64,000 bases of DNA, taken from the NCBI RefSeq assembly GCF_018350175.1, contig NC_058383.1:27592001-27656000 (forward strand), given 5' to 3'. The notes beneath the pieces were generated by a model. The model was not told where the DNA came from. It was given only the letters and a program-made list of their open reading frames with translations, and made no database searches. Made by a program: the position numbers and the translations under genes. Positions 35,118 through 49,099 of the stretch are shown piece after piece. This DNA is from Felis catus. Taxonomy: Eukaryota. Numbering within the stretch: the stretch's first letter is position 1; each line of letters opens with the position of its first letter.

Positions 35118-36219
35118 AACAACACTTTCAGTCAAAGAATTGCAAATTTAAAATAACAGGATAAGATTTTTTAAAATCAGTTAACAAGGATTTTGATTAA
35201 CAACCAAATTAACAAGGATTCCAAATCCCATAATTCTCATTGTTGACATGAGTGAAGTGAAAGCTATCATGCTCTTGGGTTAAAACATTAATCATTAACT
35301 TGGTTAAACATGTCCAGAAAACAATTCAGCATTTTATGTCATGAGCCTTTAATTTATTTTATTTTTTGTTTTATATCATGAGCCTTTAAAAATGCCTATG
35401 CCTTAGGGAAATGACTAGAAACGTGGATACGTTTTGTATATGAAATTGCGGTCATTTCAGTATTTTTCTAATAATGGAAAATTTAGAAACAGTATGGAAG
35501 AAAGTAAATTCATGATAGAATGAAACATCACACAGCTTAATTTGAGGATGATTACAGAGAGAGCCTGCTGTTATGCTCATGTAATATTATTTAGTCAGGG
35601 AGGCAAACTATAAAACTTGATACCCAATACAACTTCATGTATTTTTTAAAAAGCAAGTGTATTAGAAGGAAATACAACAAAACGTCAACAGCAGTTGGGG
35701 CTGGATGCCAACATTGTGGCTAGTTCTTTCCTTCATTTTTTCCATATTTTCCAGTGATAGGGTGGGAAGCGGGGGAGAATTTAATAAAAGATGAAAGCCC
35801 AGTTTACCTCATGTTTTCCTTCCTGTTCAGTCATATTACAGTGCACTCCAGCTCTCAGCTTGGCCTTATTCCATGAGCATTCTCGTGTGGCAAGGACATG
35901 GAAGGTAAGGCCATTTCCAAATGCCATGCTTCATTTCTACCTTGACTTTCATGGTGTTAGAGACATGGGAACTAACGGTTATTGATTATCATCTTGGGCA
36001 CCAAGTGATTCCTACATATTACCCTTTTGAGAGAAAATAGTTGCCCCGTTTCAATAACGAAGAAACTGAGATCCAGTAGGCTGAAGGTGCTGGCTTGCGA
36101 GCACACAGCTAGTAAGCAGCAAAGAGTTTTTTCCGGGTCCTCAATTGTTTCGCCAAATTCCTTTTCTTCCCATATGATGGGACCACCCATTCAAGTCTCC
36201 TATCAGAGCCTTAGTAACT

Positions 36220-36430
36220 TGACTCAGGAGTCAGTCTGCCTGGGCTAAGGTACAGCCTATACTTACCAGCTATGGGCCTTCAGGTAACTCCTCTGTGCCT
36301 CATTTTTCTCATCAGTAAAATGGGAATAATAATGGCATCTCCCTCATGAGGTTGGTTGTGAGGAATAAACACTATGATGCATGCAGAGTGCGCAGAGCAG
36401 TTGCTGGCACTCAATAAAAGTTAGCCATGA
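36220..36430 (+). mobile_element. MIR SINE
   Basis: ctctgtgcctcatttttctcatcagtaaaatgggaataataatggcatctccctcatgaggttggttgtgaggaataaa. Confidence 0.8.
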
Positions 36431-37259
36431 TAGTTATCACTAAGGGGGTCTGAAGCAAATAATGGGAACTGATTTGGAGTCATTTATACTCTCATTCTCT
36501 CAATGCCTCCAGTGGAATGCCACCAGACATGATCAGGTCCAAGACATGATTTCACAGATAGGGATACCCAGGACCAGAAAGGTGAACGGAGGAAACCAGA
36601 CCCAACAGTGGTGACTGACTAAGGGTGCTATTAGCCTCACATTCTTTCCACCATGGTGTGTAGCTTTTCTCTGGCTCCCAATCCCTGGAGCAACAGCAGG
36701 ATGGCCACAGTGCAACCTCGGAAAAACAGGCGTCTCTTCGGGCACACACTATTCTTTATGTACATGTTATCACTTGATCTCTCAGCAACCCTGGGAGGTG
36801 GGCAAGGCAGTATTGTGAGTGAGGAAATGACCTCAAAGAGTATTGGTTGATTCTCCTTGGTCCCATAGCAGAGCTGAGACAGGATCCCCAGGGCTGTCTG
36901 TATAATGCCATTGGTGCCTTAGATAACCAACCTCTGATGTGTGTCTCACATTAGAAAAGCAATCAGGCTGGTGGATGTTCTCACCCTGATTTCTCTCTTC
37001 ACCCCTATAATGCCAGCTGTTATTCAGCAGTATCTTACAGTTGGAGAAGCAGTTTCATCCACCTCTTCACTAGTGGCTCTGACCCACTGAGTCTCTCTTC
37101 CAGAGCCTTAGGTGGCCAGGTTTGGGGATGGTGACAGAGAGTAAGCCAGTGGGACAAAAGTGCTGTTATCTTTTCCCCCAATCGATCCCCTGCTTCCTGC
37201 AACCGTAGGGCTAAAATATTTGCCTTAGCTATGTACGATGCTAACCTGCGATGCAACCA

Positions 37260-37880
37260 AAACTCTCAAGAGGTGCTAGCTGGGGTGCAGATTGGTATAG
37301 CCTCTTTAAAAAAACCCAGGCAGTATTTCCTAAGGCTAAACATTTACTTACCCTATAACCCAACAATTCTCCTAAGTATATGCCCAAGAGAAAGGAATAT
37401 TCATGTCCATTAAAAGACATACATAAAAATATTTATGACAGCTTTATTAATAACAGTCAAAACTGAAAACCAAACTAAATGCTCATCAGTAGGAAAATGG
37501 ATAAATAAATCATGGCAATATTCACTTCATGGAATTTTATATGGCCATAAAAAAGAATAAAATACTGCTACATGCAACAGTATAGATAAATCTCACAATG
37601 CAATGATGAGATAAATAGGACAGACACCAAAGAAAATGTGTTGTAATGATTCTACCTATATGAAGTTCAAGAAAGGCAAAACTAAGTTAGCTAGATGTTG
37701 TACAGTATTTATCACTGTGGGGGCTTCTACTGAACAGGAGGCATAAAAGTAACTTCTGGGACAATAGAAATATTCTCTATCTTGACCCTGAATGGTAGTG
37801 GGTACACAAGTAGGAGTATATGTAAGAATTATTCAAGCTTTGCACATATAAAATGTGCTTTTTGCTTTATGTTAATATCA
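37260..37880 (+). mobile_element. Old L1 (L1MD/ME-like) 3' end
   Basis: ctaaacatttacttaccctataacccaacaattctcctaagtatatgcccaagagaaa...ggataaataaatcatggcaatattcac. Confidence 0.75.
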
Positions 37881-38350
37881 GAATAAAATATGTAAAAAAA
37901 AATCCTGTCAGCTGGGTCACTAAAGATTCATTCACTAGAAACTCACAATAATCCTTAAGCAAAAGCCCATAAGACAAGGTAATCTTTTAGGTCAACCTGT
38001 GGACCCTGCATACCTCGTAGATTCTTTTCTCAAAGACGTGGATCTCTACACTAGGATAAATGTCTCTTCTCTTAGCAGCCACTGGCACTATGCTTCCTGA
38101 GCAGCTGTCTGTATCCTCAGAATGCATGCCCCAAAGGAAAGGGACTATGATCCATTCATCTCTTCACCTCAGTACCTAGCAGAGTGCCTGGCTTAGAGTA
38201 GACACTCAGAAAGTATTGACAGGCAGCTGAAGGAGTAGGTGAATAAAAAAATGAATGTAGCACACACGAATATGATCTATGACCACAATCTAGAAAGCCG
38301 CTGCTGGTCAATGAGCTGCAGAGGCATTCTTTAGACAGCGTCACGTAGAC

Positions 38351-38502
38351 CAGTGGTTCTCAGGCAGGGAAATTTTGCTTCCCAAGAGACATTTGGCAAT
38401 TTCCACAGGTATTTTTGGTTATCACAAGCAGGGCCTGGGGGGAGGCTATTGTACTTGTGATGATGTCAAATATCCTACAATGCACAGGACAGCCCCTTCT
38501 CC

Positions 38503-38547
<45 letters not shown>

Positions 38548-38590
38548 ATCCAAACCAAAATGTCAACAGCACTGGTGTTGAGAAACCCTG
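38351..38590 (-). mobile_element. MER20 with internal (CA)n
   Basis: cagtggttctc...gacatttggcaatttccacaggtatttttggttatcacaa...atcctacaatgcacaggacagcccc...ggtgttgagaaaccctg; (CA)n 38504-38545. Confidence 0.9.
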
Positions 38591-40012
38591 GTTCAGAGAA
38601 ACAGGTAGTAAACACAGAAAGAAAGCCTTGAGCTCAAATGTCAACTGACTACTCATGAGCTGTGTGACTTTGAGTTATAAAACTTCTCAGAGCTTTCTCC
38701 CTTGTACAAACAGGGCTGATGCCTACCTTAAAGGTATGTGAGAGAATTAAATGACCTAAGTTAGATGAAGAGTCTGGTTCAAAACAGGACGCTGGTGAGA
38801 TTTGGTTCCCTTCCCTTCCCCAGAGCCAGTAATGGGCAATTTTTAATAAAAGAAACAGTCATCAAGCATTGCTTTTTCTCCCTCTGCTTAAGGAACTACT
38901 GAAGAGTGAGGCTGCCTGTGAAGAATGCATTTTGTTTGCTGGGTACATCAGTAGCCCCTGTTCCTAATGAAATGCATTATTAAAAGATAAAGTCAACATA
39001 TTCAGAACTCAGGCCCCCGTCGCATCCCAATGTAATCTGCCATTCTCCCAGCATTGCAGGTGTCCTGTAAGCCTGCCTCTGAAACGCCGATTCTTATTTC
39101 CCTGCTCTCCCTCGGTTTTCTCTAAACCAGCACAAACACACTGGGTTCCCGGGAGATAGGGAGCAGTGCTTCATACAATGCCAGCACTATGTGCAAGTGG
39201 CAGAAACACCACAAAGAAAAAGCCCAGCCTTGTTCTTTGCAAGTGGGAAGTGGAATTTCCCGCAGGGCTCAATCTAAGGCTTGCTTCCTTCCTACCTTTA
39301 TGTATTTATAAGAGTGACTGGCCCCTAAGCAATCCTATGCGGAAATCTTGCGAACTGATTATTATGGAGTTTGCTGTCCTTGGTGCTGAAAAAGTCTCAG
39401 TGTGCTGAGGGTTTCTGGGTCACTTTTGCATTTCTATTATTCATACTGACCAGGAAATGTAAGACAAAACACTAACACACATTTTCACATTATTGTAGCA
39501 GATGCTTAAAATGGAATGTCTGAAAAATATATAGAACAAAATAATAACAAAAATGCCTGCTATTTACTGAGAGTATGCCACTTTCTAGCATTGTTATTTA
39601 CTTTATCCTACGAGGTATGCACCATATATTCCCCATTTTTCAGATGAGGAGAACTGAGGCAATAACAATCCATTAAATTGACCCTCCAGTGGCAAGCACA
39701 CTGACAATGGAAAAGAGCTGGGCTCCTTCACAGGCCAACCGTTCCACTTGGCTCTAGATCCTGTCTCCTCTCATCTTCTCAAAGATTTGCCTGGTCTGGG
39801 GTCCTTGAATTATCATCCCTTTTACCTTAATATCAGTTTCTCCCTTTCTACTATCCCATTCCCAGTCTTATACAAACACATCCCAGTGTTTCTCATCTGA
39901 CAGAAAAGAAACAAAGAAAATTTCTCTAGACATTTCCTCTTCCTTTTGCTTCTTTTCAAGACAAACAGAAACTCCTCAAAAGAGTGATTTTTAATCACCA
40001 CTTCCACTTCTT

Positions 40013-40179
40013 TTTTTAAGTTTATTTATTTTGAGAGAGAGAGAGAGAGAGAAAATGAGCTTCATCAGTGTAAGGGTCGGGGGGTGGGGAGGGGAGAATA
40101 TCAAGCAGATCCAGGAGTTCATGACCTGAGCCAAAATCAAGAGTCAGACACTTAACCAACTGAGCCAGCCAGGAGCCCC
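40013..40179 (-). mobile_element. CanSINE with internal deletion
   Basis: TSD cacca(c/t)ttccacttctt 39996-40012 / 40179-40195. Confidence 0.92.
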
Positions 40180-41852
40180 ACCATTTCCACTTCTTCATTT
40201 CTGATCTTATGTTATTTCTTCAGACCACTCATCCACACTGTGGCTCCACTCTAAATCAACAATGAGTATCATAATGAAAAATCCTACAGTAATGTCTCTA
40301 ACCTCTTGTTTTATTGTCCAGCAACATGTGACGTAGAGAACTACTATCTTTTTGGAATACTTCATTTTTCCCCTTAACTTCTGTGTCACTGCAAAACCCC
40401 AGTTTTCCTCCTAACTCCTCCACAGCCCACATTCTGAGTATCCTTTCCTAGATCTTCCTCTTTGGCTCAACTTGAAATAGTAATTGTCACAGGGCTCAGT
40501 GCCGCCAAGACTTCACTTCTCCGAGTACACTCCTCAGCCACTAAATAATCTCATCCAATCCCATGGCTTTAAAAAGCACCTATATATTGGCGCCTCCTAA
40601 GTTTACATCTCCAGATCCAATGTCTATCTTGATCTCTAGACTCCTAAGTTCAATTGCCTACCCAGTCTCTACTTGGATGTCTCTATCAACTCAAACATAA
40701 GCTCAAAAATCAGAACTTCTGATTTTCCTTCCAAAACTACCTTCTACTCCAGTCCTGGAACTATCACAACCATCCAGTTTCTCAAACCAAAATCTTAGGA
40801 ACCATCTTTGATTTCCCCTCACAGCTCACAATCAAACCCCTAATCAAATTCCATAGACAGAATCTACCGAACCTACCCCAATTCTATCAACTTCTCCCCA
40901 TCTACAATGCCACTACTTCAGCATCTCCATTATCTCTCCCTGGATTGCTGAAATCCACATATTCTATTTTAATGTTGTTTGAATAGATGGGACACATGTT
41001 CAAAACTCAAACTATATCAAAATACATATACCTTTGCTCTTCGTTGGCCCCTTCCCACCCCGACCTTTCACAGGTAACCAAATTTTAGTTTTTACATGTG
41101 AGCACATGATGCATCCCATTCTCCTCTCACTTTCCTATACCTTTAGAGATCTTCCCATATGTATACTTGGAGAAAGTTCCCTGATTCTTTATGTACCTGC
41201 TTAGTGTTCCATTATATGGCTAAAAGAGAATGTATTTAACCAGTAATCTATCCTTTGACGACAGGGTTTGCTATCACAAATGATACTGCAGTAGCCTTTT
41301 ATGTTGTATTTTTGTATATGCAATTATATCCATATGATAAGTTATCAGAAGTAGGTTCGCTGAAACAAAGGGAACCTGGTTCCTCTACTTCCTCTCTTGA
41401 CCTTTACATTATATTTCCAAAGGCATCTGTAGGAGTGCCTTAAAAGTGCAAATCATATTAAGTCACTCCCTGGCTCAAAGGCCTCCAAGACTTCTCCTCA
41501 CATACACATGAGATTTAAATGCCTTGCTCTAGCTTCCAAGATCTGTTTGCTTTGGACTGTGCCTCCTGAGCCCTCACTCAGTAAGCTCCAGCAGTTCCTC
41601 TTTACATTTCTAGCACATACCCAACTGTCCTTGCCTTTGCTCTTATTCATCCCTCTCCCTGGCACACTCTTGGACCAGATTCTCCCATTTCTCCCTCCCC
41701 GTCTTCAGGTCAGCTTAATGATTACCTCCTCAGAGGCTTTCATGACGTTTAATCTGAAGCCCTCTGGTCTGCCCCTCATTGCTGGCACCATTAAGTAACA
41801 CTGTCATATTATATTTTCTTTATAACTACTATCACTTCCAGAGAGTGCCTTG

Positions 41853-41903
<51 letters not shown>

Positions 41904-41908
41904 CGCGC
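41853..41908. repeat. (TG)n(CG)n alternating purine-pyrimidine microsatellite
   Basis: About 20 TG units followed by (GC)7. Confidence 0.97.
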
Positions 41909-43933
41909 CTACGTCTCCTACTAAAATTCATGTTTCAGGAGGGCAGGGACTTGTCTAGTATCACTATAATCTCTGGTTCGAGAACAGGGTCTGAAAAAGT
42001 AGTCCCTGACAAATATGTGTTTACAGAATGAATGACTCTTAATATCTCAAGATGTTAATTTCCAGCACCTTTCCCAAAATGTATTCCTTATACAGGTAAG
42101 ATGATGTCATGCATATGACTTTATATCTTGGTTTGGTTATCTAACATCACATTAAAGATTTTTCCAGGAAATTAAAAATTCTTTACAAACTCTCATTTAA
42201 ATGAATTTGGGATAATTTCTCAAAGGGAGAGACTATAATGATTTCAATCATTCATTTTGTTAGATGTTTAGATTGCTGCCACAATTTTTATTTGAATTAA
42301 CACAGTCATAAACATATTTAAGCATAAATGTTTGCCTATAAATTTGAATGTTCACTAAAACTAGATTTATTAGGTCTAAAAGGGTAAGATCATTTTCAGC
42401 CTTCAGATAATTCTGTGAAATGGCTTGTCAGAAAGATTGCAATAATTTACACACCACCCAGCAGTGAATCACCCCATCCTCAGCAGCTTTAATAGTTTTT
42501 CAGTATTTGCTAATTTTATAAATTATATTGTTGTCTTTTATAACTAGTGATGTTGGAATATTTTTATAAGGCATCTTTTACTGATTAATAACAACATAGT
42601 ATCAACACCCATTTCTACAGGCTTAGGAAGAGTTTGGCCTTGGGAGAGCATCAAGTCATCTGACTGAATTTCCTGAGATGGAAAAAAAAATATTAAACAA
42701 CCTATGGAATTACCACATAAGTACTGCTTGCTTTTCACCCACTTTGAAGAAAGATGAACCTCCTTTATGGTGCAATTTCCAGGAAATGCATTATACCCTC
42801 CCCCCCCCCCACTTTCTTCATAGGATGTAATTTCCAGCACCATTGCTACATCTTCCAAGAGTGAGTCGTTTTTGAACTGCTGGCGGATATTTTTAAGGGC
42901 CCATCACAAAAATTCTGTGTAGAGACCTTTGTTTTGCATTTTCTTAGACCAAGCTCCTGTGCAGAATTTTGGTAATTTGATTCTACCCCTCCCCCCCAGA
43001 ATGGATTCCATGAGTGTGAATCAGCAAAATGATATAACACAGCATGTCCAGGATGTCTCCTCTATAGTGTAAGCTAACCTTAAGGCTAATCTCAAAATTT
43101 TCAATAACTGTCTTCCAAAACGAGGCATTTTATCCAATGATATCAATTAGCATGTTATAAGGGGTGCTGCACAAATAGCATACATTGATTCGCAGATGAC
43201 TTTAAAAATTCAGCGAGCCAAGAATCCCACATTATTGATTCATGCTAACAAAACGATGAAACACAGCTAATCTTTACAACACATGCTGGGCAGAATGACA
43301 TTTACAAATGCAGACAGACGGAAACCAATTGGACATAATTCTTTAAGGATTAAACTGATGGCTGCAATTAGATGACAAAAGGTGAGCAGTCTTACTGCTG
43401 GGAATTCAGACAACCTCTGGGGTCTGGGTCTAATTTGGCCTCTTCCTTGGTTAACCGTGATATCCCACTGACTAGCTAGCTGATCAAGTGACTAGTCAAG
43501 AGTAATTAATTTGGTTTGTAAGCTGTGTTACTGCTTCAACTTGCTTCTTGGACTTTGAATCACAAATGCTCTGACGAAGGCCATGCTTGGGATCATCACA
43601 GTTGGACAATATCACTATAGAATAGCAGATGAGCCCACCAAAGTGCTTGTTGGGAGAGAATATGAATATATCCCTTCTCATCTGATTTGTTATTGGAATT
43701 AGATACTCCGAGTCTGAAAGATGGGGAACTCCTTGGAATGTGATGTTTTTAAAAAATGATTTCCTTTCTTTTTAAAGAAATACTCAGGCCAGATTCATAG
43801 CTCCCCGTCTCATAGAACAACTCTGCCATTTCTGAGCAGTTCCAAGGTTAGCCTGATAAACATCACCCAAAGAACAGAAAATCTTGATAACCTTCAAGAT
43901 AACTCTGATCGTCTTAAAATTCATAATGACTCT

Positions 43934-44146
43934 GGGGCGCCTGGGTGGCGCAGTCGGTTGAGCGTCCGACTTCAGCCAGGTCACGATCTCGCGGTCCGTG
44001 AGTTCGAGCCCCGCGTCAGGCTCTGGGCTGATGGCTCAGAGCCTGGAGCCTGTTTCCGATTCTGTGTCTCCCTCTCTCTCTGCCCCTCCCCCGTTCATGC
44101 TCTGTCTCTCTCTGTCCCAAAAATAAATAAATGTTGAAAAAAAAAA
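43934..44146 (+). mobile_element. Young full-length felid CanSINE (SINEC_Fc1-like)
   Basis: CpG-rich head, A box tggcgcagtcgg 43946-43957, B box gagttcgagcc 44000-44010, pure A tail, exact 18 bp TSD aaaattcataatgactct 43916-43933 / 44147-44164. Confidence 0.98.
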
Positions 44147-45339
44147 AAAATTCATAATGACTCTGGTTATCAACAAAGCGGAACAGTGATGGAATTAGAA
44201 GTGCTTTGCAGGCGTGGAGTGTAAGAAAGCATCTGCATTTGGAAATCAAATCCCATCCCTGTCACTTACTTATACAGTAAGGGTTTATTAGCACATGGTG
44301 TTACTATGTCCTAGTTTCCCCAGCCCACCTAGATCTATCTGGCAGGGTTTCAGTTTTTTTTTTTTAAGACTCTATTGGGATTGCTCAGGGAAGCTCTTCT
44401 ACAAAGTATAGAACACACCATCCTAAAAGACTGTGGTGTACATTTGACTGCTTCTTGGCTCTCTTCTCCCCATCTTTTCAAAGCATTCTCTACCTTCCAT
44501 ACTCTCTGCTGTGCACTTACATTTGGGGAACCAGCAAGAATATACCCAAAGAAAATCTGCAAAAGAGGACAATTACAGAGACACTCATTACCATTTATGT
44601 AATAGTACTCTGTCTGTTGAAAGCGAGCAAAAAACCAAGCAAACAAAACCTGTGACTTATCCTGAGAAACAGAAATAAGTATTTATCCCATACAACACAG
44701 GCATTGCCAAAACAGCATAAAATCTCCTTGACAGACTCAAACCCAGACCTACTGGTTTCAAAATTCTTAATTATTTAGTTTCACTCAGAGAAGATGACGT
44801 GTTTACTAGCTGTGATGGTGTAGTAGGGCAGAAATTCTCTAACTTGTGAAATTTTACCCTTATAGGGTCAAATCCTGTCTTGACACTGGGGGACAATAAT
44901 CAAATCGCACCTAGCCTCAGTTTCCTCATCTGTGAAACGGACAGCACGATGACCCCAGAGTAGCTGAATTCACGGCTCAGGTCATATCGGGATTTAGTTT
45001 CTGTCCATCTCTCAACCCTACCTTTTTCTGTGCCAGCTTTTCTTAGGATCCAGGGTGGCCTCCACTTCTCCAGCCTTCTACTGGGTTGAAATCCAGCTGA
45101 AATGAGGACATCTCTTGAAAAGTCCTGGGGAACGTGGGGCTGACTGAAGTCTGAGAGTCCTGTTCCACCCAAATTCAGAGTCAATGCCTTCAAGTCTGCA
45201 GAGATATAAAGAAAGAAGTGATGACTCCCCAAACAAAGTAAGGGATGTTGGCCCCAAAATGGAAAAATGGGTGTGCCAAAGACAAATCACAAATGTTTGC
45301 CATGTGTGCCCATCTGAAAATCAATGGTAACATTCTCTG

Positions 45340-45560
45340 TGCCAATGTTGCTTAACTTGACTGCAGATTAGAATCTCCTGGAGAGATTGTTAACAAAACA
45401 AAACAAAACAAAACAAAACAAAACAAAACAAAACAAAACAAAACACTCTCTAGGATCTAACCCAGAAAGGTGAAATCAAACATTCCCCTGAATGAGAACT
45501 AGACGTCAGTATTTTTTAAGCACCCCAGCCAATTCTAATATTTTGCCAGGGTGAAGAACT
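45340..45560. mobile_element. MER5B-like element containing an (AAAAC)n repeat (45392-45444)
   Basis: aacttgactgcagattagaatctcctggagagattgttaa...tcagtattttttaagcaccccagccaattctaatattttgccagggtgaagaac. Confidence 0.6.
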
Positions 45561-45713
45561 CTATGTACATTTGTATAAATACAGACCTTCATACAAGCCA
45601 CCCATCCACACAGGATACCTGGGCACAGGACTTTCTTTTGAAAGCTATTCTATAGAATCTAAATCTAAATCTAAGAAGCTTAAAAGACTTCAAATTTAGA
45701 AGAGACTAAATTA

Positions 45714-45910
45714 GGGGCACCTGGATGGCTCAGTTGATTAAGCGTCTGACTTCAGCTCAGGTCATGATCTCACGGTCTGTGGGTTCAAGCCCAGTGTTGG
45801 GCTCTGTGCTGACAGCTCAGAGCCTGGAGCCTGTTCCAGATTCTCTGTCTCCCTCTCCCTCTGCCCCTCTCCCACTCTTCTGTCTCTCAAAAATAAATAA
45901 ATGTTAAAAA
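45714..45910 (+). mobile_element. CanSINE
   Basis: Exact 21 bp TSD aaatttagaagagactaaatt 45692-45712 / 45911-45931. Confidence 0.97.
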
Positions 45911-46628
45911 AAATTTAGAAGAGACTAAATTCTTATGAACATCACTATCTCTCAAGTAATTAAAGATCTTCAGAATTTGAAAAGATGTAGATATGAATGA
46001 GTTGCAGCCTCTGCTCAAAATATGAATCACTTAAAGTGCATTCTGATGTTGTCCAGTTGTTTCTTGTACATCTCTAATGATTGTGAACTCATAACTGTAG
46101 GGAGGAACAGAGTCCAATTTTGGAATATTTTTCATAGCTCTGACTTCCTAAGACCTACATATTATCTAGGATTCTAATCCAGAAGCTCTACAAAATGACT
46201 CCAATCTCTCCATTCCTCCCTCTGCCCCCCACTGCCTCCTCTCCCTGCCCCTAACTCTCCAATCAGCACTTCAACTTTTCCCCCAGTCTAATTCTTCATC
46301 TAATCCTCATATGGCAATATGTTGCAACTTTTACTGGGACCACACTTTTCTGGGTGCACTCCAGGCAATCTCTATGCCTCAAACTGTACTCCCGGCTATG
46401 GGACACAATGCCCATAGTCAGTCAGAGAGCTGGACCTGTTCCAGGTTTCTTTTTAACTACTTCATTATTATGCCACCTATAGTTAAAAAAAAATGGATGG
46501 GGAACAGTTAATAAAACTGAGGAAACAAGAAAACAAATGATAGAAATAAACCCAAGCAAACATGTTTATGGCAATGAATGCATATTTTTTTAAGCTCCCC
46601 AACGAAAAGTCAGAGACTCAGAGACTGG

Positions 46629-47853
46629 AAAACTCAACACCCAAAAAACAAATAATCCAGTGAAGTAATGGACAAAATACATACATTTTTCCAAATAAGA
46701 CATCCAGATAGCCAACAGACATATCAAAAGATGCTCAACATCACTCATCATCAGGGAAATACAAATCAAAACTACAATGAGATACCAACGCACAACTGTC
46801 AGAATGGCTAAAATTAACAACACAGGAAACAACACATGTTGTTGAGGATGTGGAGAAAGGAGAACCCTCTTGCACTACTGGTGGGAATGCAAACTGGTGT
46901 AGCCACCCTGGAAAACAGTATGGAAGTTACTCAGAAAGTTAAAAATAGAACTACCCTATGATCCAGCAAATGCACTCCTAGGTATTCACCCAAAGAATAC
47001 AAAAATAGTGACTCAAAGGGATATCCACACCCCAGTGATTATCAACAGCAGTATTATCAACAATAGCCAAATTATGGAAAGAACCCAGATGTCCATTGAC
47101 AGATGAATGGATAGAGAAGATGTGGTTTGTGTGTGTATATATATATATACACATACATACATATATATACACACATACACAATGGAATATTACTTGGTGA
47201 TCACAAAGAATGAAATATTGCCATCTGCAACAACATGGATAGAGCTAGAGTGTATTATGCTAAGCAAAAAAGTCAGTCAGAGAAAGACAAATATATGATT
47301 TCACACATATGTGGAATTTAAGAAACAAAACAGATGAACAGAGGAGAGGGGAAGGAAACATGAAATAAGATAAAAAACACAGAGGGAGGCAAACCATAAG
47401 AGACTGTTAAATACAGAGAACGAGTGGAGGGTTGCTGGAAGAGTGTTGGGTGGGAGAATGGGCTAAATGGGTGATGGGCATTAAGAAGGGTACCAGGTGT
47501 TATATTCTACTCCTGAAACCAATACTATACTTATATGTTCACTAACTTGAATCTATATTAAAAATAAAATAAAATAAAATAAACAAAATAAAATAAATGA
47601 AATGAAATGATGAACATGGGGGGAAAAAGAGAGGTAAACCATAAAGCAGACTCTTAACTACACAGAACAAACTGAGAGTTGTTGGAGGGGAGGTGGGGGG
47701 GATGGGCTAAATGGGCTATGGGTATTAAGGAAAGCACTTGTCATGTTGACCAGGGTGTTGTATGTAAGTGATGAATCACTAAATTTTACTACTGAAACTA
47801 ATATTACACTATAAATTAACTAACTGGAATTTAAAAACTTGAAACAAACAAAA
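46629..47853 (+). mobile_element. Carnivore L1 3' portion with a duplicated 3' UTR
   Basis: ORF2 C-terminal region (agatgctcaacatcactcatcatcagggaaatacaaatcaaaactacaatgagatacc), 3' UTR and tail to ~47607, second 3' UTR copy 47608-47853. Confidence 0.92.
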
Positions 47854-48288
47854 AACTCTGAATCCAACTTTATGCTGTTTCCACTGGCCAGACCTAAAAA
47901 ACAAAATTACTTATTTGGGTTAAATAGAAAAAAATATGAAAGAGGTGCTGGTCTATTGCAAACCAAAGTTAACCTGGGAGCTACAAAATGATTGTCAGGC
48001 ACTGTAGAATTCAAGTAAAGTATCTTAAATAGAACAGATTATTTTATACTGATAAATACACAATGTACAAGGCACACCAACAGTCACAATGCTTACTTAT
48101 TGAAATCATTAATACCTTGAACTAAATTCCTAGCAGTACAAGGGACAGAGAACATACATACTTTGGTGCTGAGAGATTTTAACTCTCAAGAGTTTTTGAC
48201 CCATTAAGTAGACCAAAATAAATAACAATGTACAGGATGTTCATAATATGATATTGATTGAGAAGACTTTTAAATATTACACCAAGAA

Positions 48289-48492
48289 GGGGAGTCTGGG
48301 TGGCTCAGTCGGTTAAGCATCTGTCTTTGGCTCAGGTCATAATCTTGCTGTTTGTGTGTTTGAGCCCTGTGTCAGGCTCTGTGCTGCCAGCTCGGAGCCT
48401 GGAGCCTGCTTCGGATTCTGTGTCTCCTCTCTCTGCCCCTTGCCCACTTGTGCTCTGTCTCTCTCTATCAAAAAAAGTAAACGTAAAAAAAA
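48289..48492 (+). mobile_element. CanSINE
   Basis: TSD tttaaatatta(c/t)accaagaa 48269-48288 / 48493-48512. Confidence 0.96.
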
Positions 48493-49099
48493 TTTAAATA
48501 TTATACCAAGAAGATAATGAAACTTCTTTTAAGAGCTCAATTAATACGGTTTCTCAAATTTATATAATATTAGATCACACACACTCAAAACAAAAAGTGG
48601 TAGTTCAAGTCACATTCTCTGTGAATATATTGAAAAGTATATAAAATTATATAGAAATTGCTATTTTCTGAGCATATATAACAGAAAACATTCTTTAAAA
48701 TCTAAAGGAACAAACAACTAGAAAAGCCCAAGCTTTTACAAATTAAAACTCTCTCCTACATAATATGTTGGGCAAAGAGAAAAATGAAAACATTGGTTAT
48801 AGATTACTTAGAAATAAATTTTCTGAGAAGACACAGAATACAAAAATGTGATGGTCCAAGATTTTAGCCTGAAAGTTTATTATTAAACAAGAAAGGATGA
48901 AAAGAAATGAACTAAGGAAGGCACCTCAATGAGATTTTTTTCAAAGGCAGCAAGTGAAAACTAAGAAAAGTATAAGAAAGAAATGAAGGGGAGACTTCTT
49001 TTAAAACCCAGTAATGTATGGAAACAAATCTATAACCTCCATAGTGAATATATAAACCTGAATGCTATTTTGTTTTTAAACAGAAATGTTAAAAAATTA

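Larger units (their letters stand above)
39730..42035 (+). mobile_element. Long L2 LINE remnant interrupted by a SINE and an old reverse L1 fragment (~40965-41365)
   Basis: atctcatccaatcccatggctttaaaaagcacctatat...tacttggatgtctct; 3' end caggagggcagggacttgtct...aaatatgtgtttacagaatgaatga. Confidence 0.75.

Noticed and set aside
43934..44015. tRNA gene (A and B boxes present)
   Set aside because: This is the tRNA-derived head of a CanSINE, followed by CT tract, A tail and TSD; the same applies to all other SINE heads
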